Assembly (NCBI GenBank): GCA_963765675.1
Contig: CAVXXK010000001.1
Location: forward strand, 480,001 to 544,000
Origin: an uncultured delta proteobacterium
GTDB lineage: Bacteria; Desulfobacterota; Binatia; Binatales; Binataceae
Length of the DNA stretch: 64,000 nt
Direction: 5' to 3'
The notes below the pieces were generated by a model that saw only the letters and a list, made by a program, of their open reading frames with translations, was not told the DNA's origin and ran no database searches. Both the position numbers and the translations under genes were made by a program. Each line of letters starts with the position of its first letter. Position 1 is the stretch's first letter. Positions 32,457 through 42,060 of the stretch are shown in pieces.

Positions 32457-32543
32457 TTGAGTTCCTCGATGTTGCAAACCCATTCTAGCGAAGATCGACT
32501 TTCGGGTGACAGAGCCGGCTCCCGGCGGGCCGTTATCGGGCGC

Positions 32544-33059
32544 CTAATGCCCCATCTTCAGCAGGTCATCGCCCGCCCATCCGTCTTTCATCGGCACCAT
32601 GAAGTACGGCGTCAGACTCATCTTGCTGAATTTCCACTGGCCTTCGCGCTTCACGTATTCGTCGTTGTAGCGCGCGGCGACCACGTAGCTCTCGCCGTTA
32701 TACACCGGCTTGGCTTCGAGATATGCGAATCCGTCGGCGCGATCGCCATGGATATGGATCACGTGATTGTGAATGAACTGTCGCACGCGATAGAGACCGC
32801 GGCGCGGCTGCCCGGTCTCGGAACGCCTGCTGCCGAGCCCCGAGAAGAACTCTCTGATCTTGTCGCGTCCCTTCGCGTTGCCGAGATGGCCAAACTCAAG
32901 CTCGCCGTCCTCACTGAACAGGTCTGGAATCTCGCCCACTTTTCCATCGTTGATGCATTCGTGGTAGCGCATGCGCAAATCACGGATCGCCTCGCGATCG
33001 TATAGTTCCGATACTTTCGCTTCCAAGTTGCCAATCCGATCTTCAAGACTGGTCGCCAT
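32544..33059 (-). CDS. SnoaL/NTF2-like protein (LinA/BaiE-like)
   Basis: DREAIRDLRMRY, LFSEDG, RYNDEYVKREGQWKF. Confidence 0.85.
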   Translation of the reverse strand: MATSLEDRIGNLEAKVSELYDREAIRDLRMRYHECINDGKVGEIPDLFSEDGELEFGHLGNAKGRDKIREFFSGLGSRRSETGQPRRGLYRVRQFIHNHVIHIHGDRADGFAYLEAKPVYNGESYVVAARYNDEYVKREGQWKFSKMSLTPYFMVPMKDGWAGDDLLKMGH

Positions 33060-33222
33060 GACTTGATCCTCCTGTTCGCTCGGGATTCTAAGCGCGCACG
33101 GATTTGGCTGTCCATCGGAGAAACCTCCGCGGTCGGTTGGACAGGCTCGTGCGGCAAATTCTAGAATCGGCGCGATCGAGGAACCGTTCGAGGCTCCCGG
33201 TAATAATCAGGAGAGTTCAGCG

Positions 33223-33594
33223 ATGGCGAAATACACCTTTATCGTCATGACCAATCCAGTTGCGGGCAAAGAGGCGGAATACAACGATTGGTATAACATC
33301 CATCATGTGCCGGATGTGTTGAACGTCCCCGGATTCGTATCGGCACAACGCTTCTGTCTCGCCGGCGCGCAAATGGGACGTGATCAGATCCGCCCGCATA
33401 AATATCTCGCTCTCTATGAAATCGAGACTGACGATCTGGCGGGTACGTTAAAGGAATTGCGCGCGCGGGGAGGAACCGCGGAAATCGTTCCGAGCGACGC
33501 GATCGATATGAAAAACGTTGCGACCTTTATCTTCGCGCCGGTGGCGGAGAAGGTGAAGGCCTCCGATGTGCAACGCCCGCGCCGCGCCGGCTGA
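33223..33594 (+). CDS. EthD/DUF4286-like dimeric alpha-beta barrel protein
   Basis: EYNDWYNIHHVPDVLNVPGFVSAQRF, YLALYEIE. Confidence 0.8.
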   Translation: MAKYTFIVMTNPVAGKEAEYNDWYNIHHVPDVLNVPGFVSAQRFCLAGAQMGRDQIRPHKYLALYEIETDDLAGTLKELRARGGTAEIVPSDAIDMKNVATFIFAPVAEKVKASDVQRPRRAG

Positions 33595-33635
33595 AACTTT
33601 GTCCGTCCACCGCGTCGGCTTATAGGGGTTTAATC

Positions 33636-34508
33636 ATGGCAATCTCGATCGAGAAAATCCCGGGCGTAAAGAATAAGCTCGGCGAAGGTCCAGTATGGGA
33701 CGTCGCTGAAAAGGCGCTCTATTGGATCGACGGCAATGCGCCGGCGATCTACCGGCTCGATCCCAAAACGAACAGCGTAAAGAGCTGGAAGACGCCGAAG
33801 CAGATCGGCTCGTTCGCGATCCGTGAAAAAGGCGGCGCCATCTGCGCGCTGAGCGATGGCTTTTATTTCCTCGATTTTGATTCCGGCAATACAACGCCGG
33901 TGCCGAACGGAATCGTCGCCAAGCCGGGAACCACCTTCAATGACGGCAAGACCGATGCGCGCGGAAGATTCGTCGCCGGCACGCTGGACACGAAATTCGC
34001 GAGCGCGGCCGGGTCAGTTTTCAGCATCGATGGCGCTCTGAAACCTAAGGTTATCGAGCCGGCGATCGGATGCACCAACGGGCCGTGCTTCAGCCCAGAT
34101 AATCGCACTTTCTATCTATCGGATAGCGTGACGCGGACCATCTACGCCTACGACTATGATCTCGCCACCGGAACGGTTTCAAACAAACGCGAGTTCGTGA
34201 AAGTGAAGGGGATGGGCGGAGTGCCCGACGGCGCGACCGTCGACGCGGAAGGCCATCTCTGGTCGGCTATCGCGGGCGGCGGTAAGTTCGTCTGCTTCAA
34301 TCCGGACGGCACTATCGCGCGCACGGTTGAGGTGCCAGTCCCGATCATCACCAGCGCGATGTTCGGCGGCGAAAACCTTGACGTGCTTTACGCGACATCG
34401 ATCGGGATGAAGACGCTTAACATGGAACCGGGCCCCGATGGCGGCGCGCTATTCGCAATCAAGGGACTCGGCGTAAAAGGAAAGCCTGAGCCCCGATTTG
34501 CCGGATGA
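33636..34508 (+). CDS. SMP-30/gluconolactonase family protein
   Basis: LGEGPVWD, FNDGKTD, NGPCFSPD, PDGATVD. Confidence 0.93.
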   Translation: MAISIEKIPGVKNKLGEGPVWDVAEKALYWIDGNAPAIYRLDPKTNSVKSWKTPKQIGSFAIREKGGAICALSDGFYFLDFDSGNTTPVPNGIVAKPGTTFNDGKTDARGRFVAGTLDTKFASAAGSVFSIDGALKPKVIEPAIGCTNGPCFSPDNRTFYLSDSVTRTIYAYDYDLATGTVSNKREFVKVKGMGGVPDGATVDAEGHLWSAIAGGGKFVCFNPDGTIARTVEVPVPIITSAMFGGENLDVLYATSIGMKTLNMEPGPDGGALFAIKGLGVKGKPEPRFAG

Positions 34509-34568
34509 GTCGGGACACTCCAGCGCGCCCATGAGCCGCTGGCATTGGAGTGGTAGCGTATGTTGCGG

Positions 34569-35042
34569 CTAGTGAGACTTTGTATACCTGAGCCCGAAGT
34601 CGAGCTCCCAAGTGACACCATCGAGTGATTTTTCCCAACTGGCCTCAATAGTCTCCCGGTCGGAACTTATGCGGCCCGTGAAGCGCTGGTGAAATCCCGG
34701 CGAGTCGCGCCAGATTTTCCACGCGCCTTCATCCAGAGCCATCTGATAAATCCGGGACACGCCACGCGCGTCCGCATATAGGAGCGCGAAGGTGCCCGAG
34801 GTTTCGTCAGCACCGATGATCCATCGCGCCGAGGGAGAATCGTCGCTGCCCATGTGATGAACAAGGAAGCACCCTCCTTCGATCCAGGTGAAGGTTACTG
34901 GACTGTGAACCAGCGCTGGACCGCCGACCAGTTTGTGCGTTTTCTCCGACCAGCGGATTTCCATCTCCCATCGGCCCACAAGTGGTCTTAGCTGATCGAG
35001 CGCACGACTCGCTGGCGCATTCGCGTTCGACACTTCGCTCAT
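34569..35042 (-). CDS. DUF1579-like beta-barrel hypothetical protein
   Basis: LRPLVGRW, YADARGVSRIY, WEKSLDGVTWELDF; GGAGG RBS. Confidence 0.7.
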   Translation of the reverse strand: MSEVSNANAPASRALDQLRPLVGRWEMEIRWSEKTHKLVGGPALVHSPVTFTWIEGGCFLVHHMGSDDSPSARWIIGADETSGTFALLYADARGVSRIYQMALDEGAWKIWRDSPGFHQRFTGRISSDRETIEASWEKSLDGVTWELDFGLRYTKSH

Positions 35043-35070
35043 CGACACCTCCTTCCGCCGACCATCGACA

Positions 35071-35610
35071 TCAGTCATCTCGCTTCAACGTTAACAACGT
35101 CATCGCACCGGGCCGGCGCCGGGTCGAGGCTTCTGTCTTATGCAAAAAGCTCGTGAAGCCATCGCCCGGCGGCGTGATCGAGTTTTCCATCATTATCAAA
35201 CTGATCTGCCCCCGGTGGTATTCGCCATGAACTGTCACGTGCGTCAGCATTTCTTCGCGTGACATGCGGCCCGGCAAGCCATCGGTAAACGTAAAGTCGA
35301 TCCTCTCGGCCAACTGTGCTTTATCCAGACGTGATACATACTCGATGTACCACTGATCGCTGGTCTTGATCGCCGCGGATAATTCTTCCAGCGATGGCGC
35401 TTGGCCTGGGTTGGGCGAGGTGTATCCGTGCTCAGCTCGGCGCAAGTTCGCAGCGAAGATCCGGTCGACAGCATAAGTGTGGTTGAGGACTCTGATGGCG
35501 ATCTCCTTTGCAGGAGAGGAATCGCCAAATTGCCGCATTGCTGTGAGAATCTCTTCGTTGGCCGTTGCCTTGTAGCTGAAGACCCGTTCAAGCGTGCTGA
35601 CTTGATCCAT
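35071..35610 (-). CDS. DinB family protein
   Basis: YKATAN, LNHTYAVD, HVTVHGEYHRGQ; AGGAG RBS. Confidence 0.88.
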   Translation of the reverse strand: MDQVSTLERVFSYKATANEEILTAMRQFGDSSPAKEIAIRVLNHTYAVDRIFAANLRRAEHGYTSPNPGQAPSLEELSAAIKTSDQWYIEYVSRLDKAQLAERIDFTFTDGLPGRMSREEMLTHVTVHGEYHRGQISLIMMENSITPPGDGFTSFLHKTEASTRRRPGAMTLLTLKRDD

Positions 35611-35666
35611 ATTCTTTCTCCTAATCGCGTGATACCAAACTCGTCCACTCGAGAGGGTCTTTTCCA

Positions 35667-36395
35667 TTAGACTGATTGCGAACGCTTCCTTGCGGTCACG
35701 GTGCGGGCGGGTGGAAAGGTCCAAAAGCTGAGGCCGGAGATTTCCACATCGATCATGTCCGACTCGCGCAACTCGTCGGCGTAGAGATCGATGCTGAATA
35801 TGTCGGAAATCGCGATCTGGCCGCCCCAATTGAGGATGCGCACGACTTCGTGGATGGCTTCGCGGCGCCCCTCGCGGCTGCGAACGTTGTGAATGGCGAA
35901 GTGGGCGACGGTGGCGTCGAAACTGCGGTCAGCGAAGGGCATTCTGCGCATGTCTCCGTCATGAACGCTGACTCTCTGCTCGACTCCCTCCAGCGCGGCA
36001 TTCCTTAGCGTGGCTTCACGCGAATTGTCGGATTGATCCATCGACCAGAGATCGATGCCTACCGCGTGACCTCTCGGCAGCATTTTTGCCGCGGCGATGA
36101 GCAGGAGCCCGTGACCACAACCGACATCGAGCACGGTTTCGTCCCCGCGGAGCTTCAGGCGCTCGAGGAGGCGGTCGCGCGCGCGAAATTTACCAAAGCG
36201 GCTGCTCGCGAACATGAGAACTGCGAGGATCACAAAACAAACGCCAAAAATTTGAACTGCGTCAGCCACGATGACGTGCCGGCTCGAAGTCCATACGAGA
36301 ACGAAACCAATGATCACTCCCGCGAGGCCGAGGACGAACGCCGCGTAAATGGCTCCGGGAGCGTCGAGACCATAGTCGGGCGCTTGTCTGCTCAT
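35667..36395 (-). CDS. Membrane-anchored class I SAM methyltransferase
   Basis: DYGLDAP, two TMs, VLDVGCGHG, GIDLW, AIHN. Confidence 0.88.
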   Translation of the reverse strand: MSRQAPDYGLDAPGAIYAAFVLGLAGVIIGFVLVWTSSRHVIVADAVQIFGVCFVILAVLMFASSRFGKFRARDRLLERLKLRGDETVLDVGCGHGLLLIAAAKMLPRGHAVGIDLWSMDQSDNSREATLRNAALEGVEQRVSVHDGDMRRMPFADRSFDATVAHFAIHNVRSREGRREAIHEVVRILNWGGQIAISDIFSIDLYADELRESDMIDVEISGLSFWTFPPARTVTARKRSQSV

Positions 36396-36504
36396 GACTC
36401 TGCCGCCTGCTTGTGTGGACGCTGTCGTGACTTGCGTTTTCATCATGGATAAAATATATAAGTGATCGCTCACAATTGTAAACTCGCATTCCGAGCTAGT
36501 GCAG

Positions 36505-37134
36505 ATGGCGCAAAAAGTGCAAACAATTCCCAGAAAATCGGCCTCGCAGGAGCGATCGCGTGCAACTGTCGATGCGCTTCTGGAAGCGACTACTCGCATT
36601 CTGATCAAGGAAGGCTATGACAAAGCGAGCACCAACAGGATTGCCGAGGTGGCCGGCGTCAGTATCGGTTCGCTCTACCAATACTTCCCGAGCAAGGAGG
36701 CGCTGGTAGTCGCGGTTATTGACCGTCATACGCGAGAAATTTCCGAGGTGTCGCGCAACGCGCTGGTCAAAGCAGCGGCGCTCCCGATCGAGGCCGCGGC
36801 GCGCGAATTCGTTTCAGTTGCAATCGACGCTCACCGCGTCAATCCCAAGCTGCATGGCGTTCTTGCCGAACAGATCCCACATGTTGGGCGGCTCGAGAAT
36901 ATCGAGGCGAATGTTCGAGAGGGTTATGCACTGGTTCGAGGCTATCTGGAGGCGCATCGCGACGAGATCGATGTCGCCGATCTCGATCTCGCGGCCTTTG
37001 TCTTAGTGACAGTAGTGGAAGCGCTGACCCATGCCGCCGTCCTGCGTCGCCCGGACATCCTCAGCGACGAGAAAGCAGGACGGTTTGTCGATGATGTAAC
37101 CCGCCTTGTGGTCCGGTATCTGCGAACCTCGTGA
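36505..37134 (+). CDS. TetR/AcrR family regulator
   Basis: QERSRATVDALLEA, IAEVAGVSIGSLYQYFPSK HTH; divergent from the methyltransferase. Confidence 0.95.
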   Translation: MAQKVQTIPRKSASQERSRATVDALLEATTRILIKEGYDKASTNRIAEVAGVSIGSLYQYFPSKEALVVAVIDRHTREISEVSRNALVKAAALPIEAAAREFVSVAIDAHRVNPKLHGVLAEQIPHVGRLENIEANVREGYALVRGYLEAHRDEIDVADLDLAAFVLVTVVEALTHAAVLRRPDILSDEKAGRFVDDVTRLVVRYLRTS

Positions 37135-37200
37135 GCTAACGACGAAGAAGCCAAGCGTTCTCTGCGACGGAGAACAGTTGCAGGTAGACCGACCTACGAT

Positions 37201-37231
37201 GTAACCGGTTTTAAGTTAATTTAGAGGTTAC
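37201..37231. promoter_or_regulatory. GTAACC-N19-GGTTAC inverted repeat (orphan copy of the putative CGNR operator)
   Basis: Same half-sites and spacing as the sites at 38061 and 38103. Confidence 0.55.
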
Positions 37232-37316
37232 GTTGACTCTGCGAGGTCGAATCGTCAATAGACCGCGAAAATATTCGTGCGCGACTTGCTCAAATCGGAA
37301 GCCTGAACGAAGTCGG

Positions 37317-37997
37317 TCAGGATTTGGACTTTTCGCCACGATGAGAGGCGCGCTTGTGGCGCTTCAAGCGGGCCCGATGAAGAGCTTGTTTGGCGCGATT
37401 CCCGCACAGAGTCATGCTGCACCAACGACGCGCTTGACCGCGAGTTCTATCCAGGAAGAAAAGCGTGCACGGAGATCCTTCGCATGCCTTTACGCGAGAA
37501 AGATCCTGGGACGTAAGCAGGTTCGCGATTGCGTGCGCGATCGGCAGGATGAGGGAGTCCGGTGTACGCCAACGGCGTAGAGTGCGCCATTCAAGTCCCG
37601 ACGTGGTCAACTGACCGGGCGCATCGACTGGCCTTACCGCTATCGCGCCATACGCATCATCGCGCTCGAGTATCCGATTCAGCGGGGCAAGTTCTTCAAG
37701 CGCCTCAGGTCCGAGCGAATGCCCCTTGTGAGCGAGAACGAAGGCACGAAACCATTCCCTAAGAGCGCGGGCTTGAGCGGCAACAGCGTCGAGTTCTCCG
37801 GGAAAGCAATTGGCTCGTATGGTCGCGGCCGCCTCGGCGGGCAAAAGCTCAGCTTGCTCAAGCCACGCCATAAGGTCCTCTCCATCTGCCAGCCATTCGA
37901 CCTCCGTGTCGACCGGCGTGCCGATTGAATTAAGAAAGTCGAGGCTTGGATCTCCGGCGATGAACATCGCAGGGGGGCGAGTGTCGTTCGTGGTCAT
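37317..37997 (-). CDS. ABATE/CGNR zinc-finger regulator
   Basis: LDFLNS N-terminus; C..PC.LFFLD...RRWCSMTLCGNRAK. Confidence 0.95.
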   Translation of the reverse strand: MTTNDTRPPAMFIAGDPSLDFLNSIGTPVDTEVEWLADGEDLMAWLEQAELLPAEAAATIRANCFPGELDAVAAQARALREWFRAFVLAHKGHSLGPEALEELAPLNRILERDDAYGAIAVRPVDAPGQLTTSGLEWRTLRRWRTPDSLILPIAHAIANLLTSQDLSRVKACEGSPCTLFFLDRTRGQARRWCSMTLCGNRAKQALHRARLKRHKRASHRGEKSKS

Positions 37998-38060
37998 CCA
38001 GCGTTAAATGCTGCTCCTCTTGGTCAAGTTTAGCAGACTAAGGTCCCCTGCTCTATTATC

Positions 38061-38133
38061 GTAACTGCTCGCACGGCACTTGACGGGTTACAATTTTCTG
38101 CGGTAACCTGATCGAGGCCATCAGTTAGGTTAT
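38061..38133. promoter_or_regulatory. Two tandem GTAAC(C/T)-N19-GGTTA(C/T) operators in the divergent promoter
   Basis: 38061-38091 and 38103-38133; the first overlaps a TTGACG -35-like hexamer. Confidence 0.65.
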
Positions 38134-38151
38134 TAAATAGGAGGTTTTGTC

Positions 38152-39006
38152 ATGCCGCGCATTTACTACCGCGCCGCCGATATTGGTGGCCTCAGGATTT
38201 CCTATCGCGAAGCCGGCCGGCCAGACGCCCCAAACTTGCTGTTGTTGCATGGGTTTCCGACCGCCGGTCACATGTTCCGCGATTTGATTCCACTTCTCGC
38301 CGACAGCTTTCACCTGGTAGCGCCTGACCTGCCAGGTTTTGGTCAATCAGACCTGCCGCCGCGCGATAAGTTTAAATACAGCTTCGAGAATCTTGCCGAT
38401 GTAATCGATCGCTTTACCGAGGTGATCGGGTTGAAACGGTTCGCGATCTATATCTTCGACTACGGCGCTCCCGTGGGTTTGAGGATTGCCCTAAAGCATC
38501 CGGAGCGCATATCCGCGATCGTCTCCCAGAACGGCAACGCCTACGAAGAAGGTTTGAGCGACGGTTGGAACCCGATCCGGGCCTATTGGGAGAACCCGTC
38601 GCAAGCCAACCGTGACGCACTCCGCGTTTTCCTCAAGCCCGAGACGACCGTTTGGCAATATACACACGGCGTCTCTGACGCGACGGCGGTCTCGCCCGAC
38701 GGGTACTCGCTCGACAATTTCTATCTGGCCCGCCCGGGCGCAGACGAGGCGCAGCTCGACTTACTCGGCGACTACAAGACTAACGTCGCGCTCTATCCGA
38801 CCTTCCAGAAGTATTTCCGGGACCACAAGCCGCCACTGCTGGCGGTGTGGGGAAAGAACGACCCCTTCTTCCTGCCGCCGGGCGCCGAAGCGTTCAAACG
38901 GGATATTAGCGGCGCCTCCGTGCACTTCTTCGATACTGGGCACTTCGCGCTGGAGACCCACGCCGCCGAGATTGCGGCAGCGATCCGCGAGTTTCTCGTC
39001 CGTTAG
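38152..39006 (+). CDS. Alpha/beta hydrolase (epoxide hydrolase / haloalkane dehalogenase-like)
   Basis: HGFPT, PDLPGFG, FDYGAP, TGHFALE. Confidence 0.92.
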   Translation: MPRIYYRAADIGGLRISYREAGRPDAPNLLLLHGFPTAGHMFRDLIPLLADSFHLVAPDLPGFGQSDLPPRDKFKYSFENLADVIDRFTEVIGLKRFAIYIFDYGAPVGLRIALKHPERISAIVSQNGNAYEEGLSDGWNPIRAYWENPSQANRDALRVFLKPETTVWQYTHGVSDATAVSPDGYSLDNFYLARPGADEAQLDLLGDYKTNVALYPTFQKYFRDHKPPLLAVWGKNDPFFLPPGAEAFKRDISGASVHFFDTGHFALETHAAEIAAAIREFLVR

Positions 39007-39141
39007 TTTCGCGACTCAGTGTGCCCACTTCTCGCACGAGATGTCGGGAACTGATGTGTCGGAGAACCATTGTGTGTGGAGTCGTTCTCGAGAAGTTCGC
39101 GGACCTGGACGGCGACGCGAAACAAATTGGAGTGTAATCAG

Positions 39142-39837
39142 ATGAATGCTCTTCCTCTAATCGTCTTCGACGTGAATGAAACGCTACTCGATCTAACGAC
39201 CATGGAGCCTGTGTTCGAGCGTATCTTTCACGACAAAGGCGCGATGCGCCTCTGGTTCGCTAACCTCATTATGTATTCCGCGGCTCTGACCGTAGCCGGA
39301 TGCTATGTGCCGTTTACGGATATCGGTTCGGCTGTGATGAAGATGCTAGCCGACACGCGCGGCATAAGGATCCAGGACGCGGATAAGAAGGAACTCTTTG
39401 AAAAATTCTCGACGATGCCTCCCTATCCGGAGGTGCCCGCAGCTCTTCAGAAGCTCCGCGCGGCAGGATTCCGGCTGTTTACCTTGACGGGCAATTTGCC
39501 GGAGGTGCAGGCGCGTCAGCTCGAACACGGTGGGATTGCCGATCTCTTCGAGCGGCGTTTCAGCGTGGACGGCGTTAAGCATCACAAACCCTCGCGGCAG
39601 GCCTACGCTTATGTCGAGCGAGAACTCGGAGTCGAGCCATCTCAGCTCTGTCTTATCGCTTGTCATACATGGGACACCCTCGGCGCCGTCGCCGCGGGCT
39701 GGGAGGCTGCCTTGATCAAACGGGTGGGCAACGACGTCCTGGGAGTCGGCCCGCAGCCGCAAATCGTCGCTGCAAACTTGAACGACGTCGCCGATCAGTT
39801 GATCGCGCGGCATCGGGAGAGAACCAATGTCGCGTGA
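39142..39837 (+). CDS. Haloacid dehalogenase type II
   Basis: FDVNETLLD, KPSRQAY, ACHTWDTLGA. Confidence 0.9.
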   Translation: MNALPLIVFDVNETLLDLTTMEPVFERIFHDKGAMRLWFANLIMYSAALTVAGCYVPFTDIGSAVMKMLADTRGIRIQDADKKELFEKFSTMPPYPEVPAALQKLRAAGFRLFTLTGNLPEVQARQLEHGGIADLFERRFSVDGVKHHKPSRQAYAYVERELGVEPSQLCLIACHTWDTLGAVAAGWEAALIKRVGNDVLGVGPQPQIVAANLNDVADQLIARHRERTNVA

Positions 39838-40534
39838 GAATGTGAGCGTCGTGCTGGTGCACGGCGCCTGGGCTGACGGATCGAGCTGGGCAAAAGTCAT
39901 CGCGCCGTTTGCCGCCGAAGGCGTCAGGGTGCTCGCGGCTCCGTTGCCCCTGACCTCGTTTGCCGAAGATACGGCGGCGGTCGAGCGCACGCTGGAGCGA
40001 GTTTCGGGGCCGGTTGTTCTTGTGGGTCACGCATACGCCGGGGCCGTGATCGCGGCCGCACGGAGTGAGAAGGTGAAGGCGCTGGTTTACGTCTCCGCCC
40101 TTGCTCCTGACGACGGCGAGACCGTCGCCGATGTCTTCTATCGGGCCAAACCTCATCCGCTGGCTCCAAAGTTGGCGCCGGACAACCATGGGTTGATCTA
40201 TCTGCCGGACGAAGCATTCGCCTCGGCATTCGCGCAGAATGCTTCCGCTGATGAATGGGCGCTGCTCCGCGCGGTTCAGCGGCCGATTTCGCCCGCCTGC
40301 ATCACCGTGCCTGTGAGTCGTCCACTCTGGAAAGACCGCCCGACCTGGTTTCTCATCGCAGAGCAGGACCGCATGATCGTCCACGACACACAGCGCTTTA
40401 TGGCGGAACGGATGCACGCCCGGGTTCGGTCGCATCCGGTAGACCACACGTCAATCGTCACTGCGCCGGGCCTGGTCGTCGATATCATACGCGAGGCTAT
40501 CGGCGAGGCATCAGCGGCTGATCGCATTCGCTGA
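39827..40534 (+). CDS. Alpha/beta hydrolase (Abhydrolase_6) with Ala at the nucleophile position
   Basis: VHGAWADGSSW, GHAYAG, QDRMI, VDH. Confidence 0.85.
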   Translation: MSRENVSVVLVHGAWADGSSWAKVIAPFAAEGVRVLAAPLPLTSFAEDTAAVERTLERVSGPVVLVGHAYAGAVIAAARSEKVKALVYVSALAPDDGETVADVFYRAKPHPLAPKLAPDNHGLIYLPDEAFASAFAQNASADEWALLRAVQRPISPACITVPVSRPLWKDRPTWFLIAEQDRMIVHDTQRFMAERMHARVRSHPVDHTSIVTAPGLVVDIIREAIGEASAADRIR

Positions 40535-40550
40535 ATTAGGAGATGAGTCC

Positions 40551-41948
40551 ATGGCGGACACAGAAAAATACGAAACTCTAGTTCTGGGAAGCGGAGAAGC
40601 CGGCAAGTGGATCGCCTGGACGATGGCCGATGAGGGTCGTCGCACGGCGATGGTCGAGCGGAAATGGCTCGGTGGTTCGTGCCCGAATATCGCATGCCTG
40701 CCGAGCAAGAACGTGATCTACTCCGCGCGGGTAGCATCGCTCGCGCGGCGCGGTGCTGAATTCGGACTGGAAATGGATCAGCCCCGAATCAGTATGGCCG
40801 GCGTTCAGCAGCGCAAACGCAAGATGGTGGAAGAGGAACATCAGTTCCACGCCAAACGTACCGCGGACGCCGGAATAGAATTGATCATGGGCGAAGGCCG
40901 CTTCGTCGCGCCAAGAACGATTGAGGTCGCGCTCAATGCCGGCGGCACCAGGCGGATTGTTGGAGAACGTGTGTTCCTCGACCTGGGTTCGCATTCGACG
41001 ATGCCCAATGTTCCCGGGCTCGCCGCATCGAATCCAATGACCCATATCGAGTTGCTCGATCTCGGTCGTCTGCCGCGTCATCTCATAGTGATTGGCGGCG
41101 GCTATATAGGCCTTGAACTTGCGCAGGCTATCCGGCGGTTCGGATCGGAGGTGACCGTGATCGAACGAGGCGCGCAACTCGCCGAGCGCGAAGATCCTGA
41201 CGTCGGCGCCGCCCTGCTTGATTTGTTTCACGACGAAGGAATCGAGGTGTTGCTCGGCACTCAGGTCTCTAAGGTTGAGGGACATTCAGGGAAGGAGGTT
41301 CGAGTCTACGCGAAGAACGGCCCCGGTGAACGGATCGTCGAAGGCAGCGATCTTCTCGTCTCCGTCGGTCGGACGCCGAATACGAAAGGAATCGGACTGG
41401 AACAAGCCGGCGTCGAGCTCGACGAGCGCGGTTATATCAAGGTCAACGACCGCCTCGAAACGACCGCATCGAACGTTTGGGCGATGGGCGATTGCGCGGG
41501 CAGTCCGCAATTCACACACGTCGCGTATCACGACTTCCGCGTAGTGCGTGACAACTTAAAGGGCGGCAATCGAACCACGAAGGATCGTATCGTGCCCTTC
41601 TGCATGTTCACCGATCCGGAGCTGGCCCGCGTCGGCCGCAACGAGACCGAGGCGAAGCGCGACAAAATCGAATATCGCGTCGTGAGACTGCCGATGGCGA
41701 ATGTGCTCCGCACCCATACGATTGCCGAGCCGCGCGGCTTTATGAAGATGCTGATCGGCAAAGACACCGACCAAATCGTGGGCTTCACCGCGTTTGGTAT
41801 CGAGGCAAGCGAGCTGATGGCGGCGGTTCAAACCGCGATGGTTGGGCGACTGCCGTACACCGTGTTGCGCGATGCGATTTTCGCTCACCCGACAATGTCC
41901 GAGGGGTTGATCTATCTTCTAGGACAAGTCGAAAGCATCAAGGGTTAG
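40551..41948 (+). CDS. Class I pyridine nucleotide-disulfide oxidoreductase (MerA/RclA-like)
   Basis: GSGEAG, GGSCPNIACLPSK redox pair, GGGYIGLE, HPTMSE; no MerA C-terminal CC. Confidence 0.9.
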   Translation: MADTEKYETLVLGSGEAGKWIAWTMADEGRRTAMVERKWLGGSCPNIACLPSKNVIYSARVASLARRGAEFGLEMDQPRISMAGVQQRKRKMVEEEHQFHAKRTADAGIELIMGEGRFVAPRTIEVALNAGGTRRIVGERVFLDLGSHSTMPNVPGLAASNPMTHIELLDLGRLPRHLIVIGGGYIGLELAQAIRRFGSEVTVIERGAQLAEREDPDVGAALLDLFHDEGIEVLLGTQVSKVEGHSGKEVRVYAKNGPGERIVEGSDLLVSVGRTPNTKGIGLEQAGVELDERGYIKVNDRLETTASNVWAMGDCAGSPQFTHVAYHDFRVVRDNLKGGNRTTKDRIVPFCMFTDPELARVGRNETEAKRDKIEYRVVRLPMANVLRTHTIAEPRGFMKMLIGKDTDQIVGFTAFGIEASELMAAVQTAMVGRLPYTVLRDAIFAHPTMSEGLIYLLGQVESIKG

Positions 41949-42060
41949 TAAGAAGTAGATTTACCTTCGTTTGTATCCGCCCGCGAAGCAGCAATGGCAA
42001 TCGGCACGATACCGTGTCATGTAGAGACAGATTTCTTACGGCGGCGCAGGGCGCAGATCG

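Noticed and set aside
40551-41948. Mercuric reductase MerA
   Set aside because: Lacks the C-terminal vicinal Cys pair and any mer operon context
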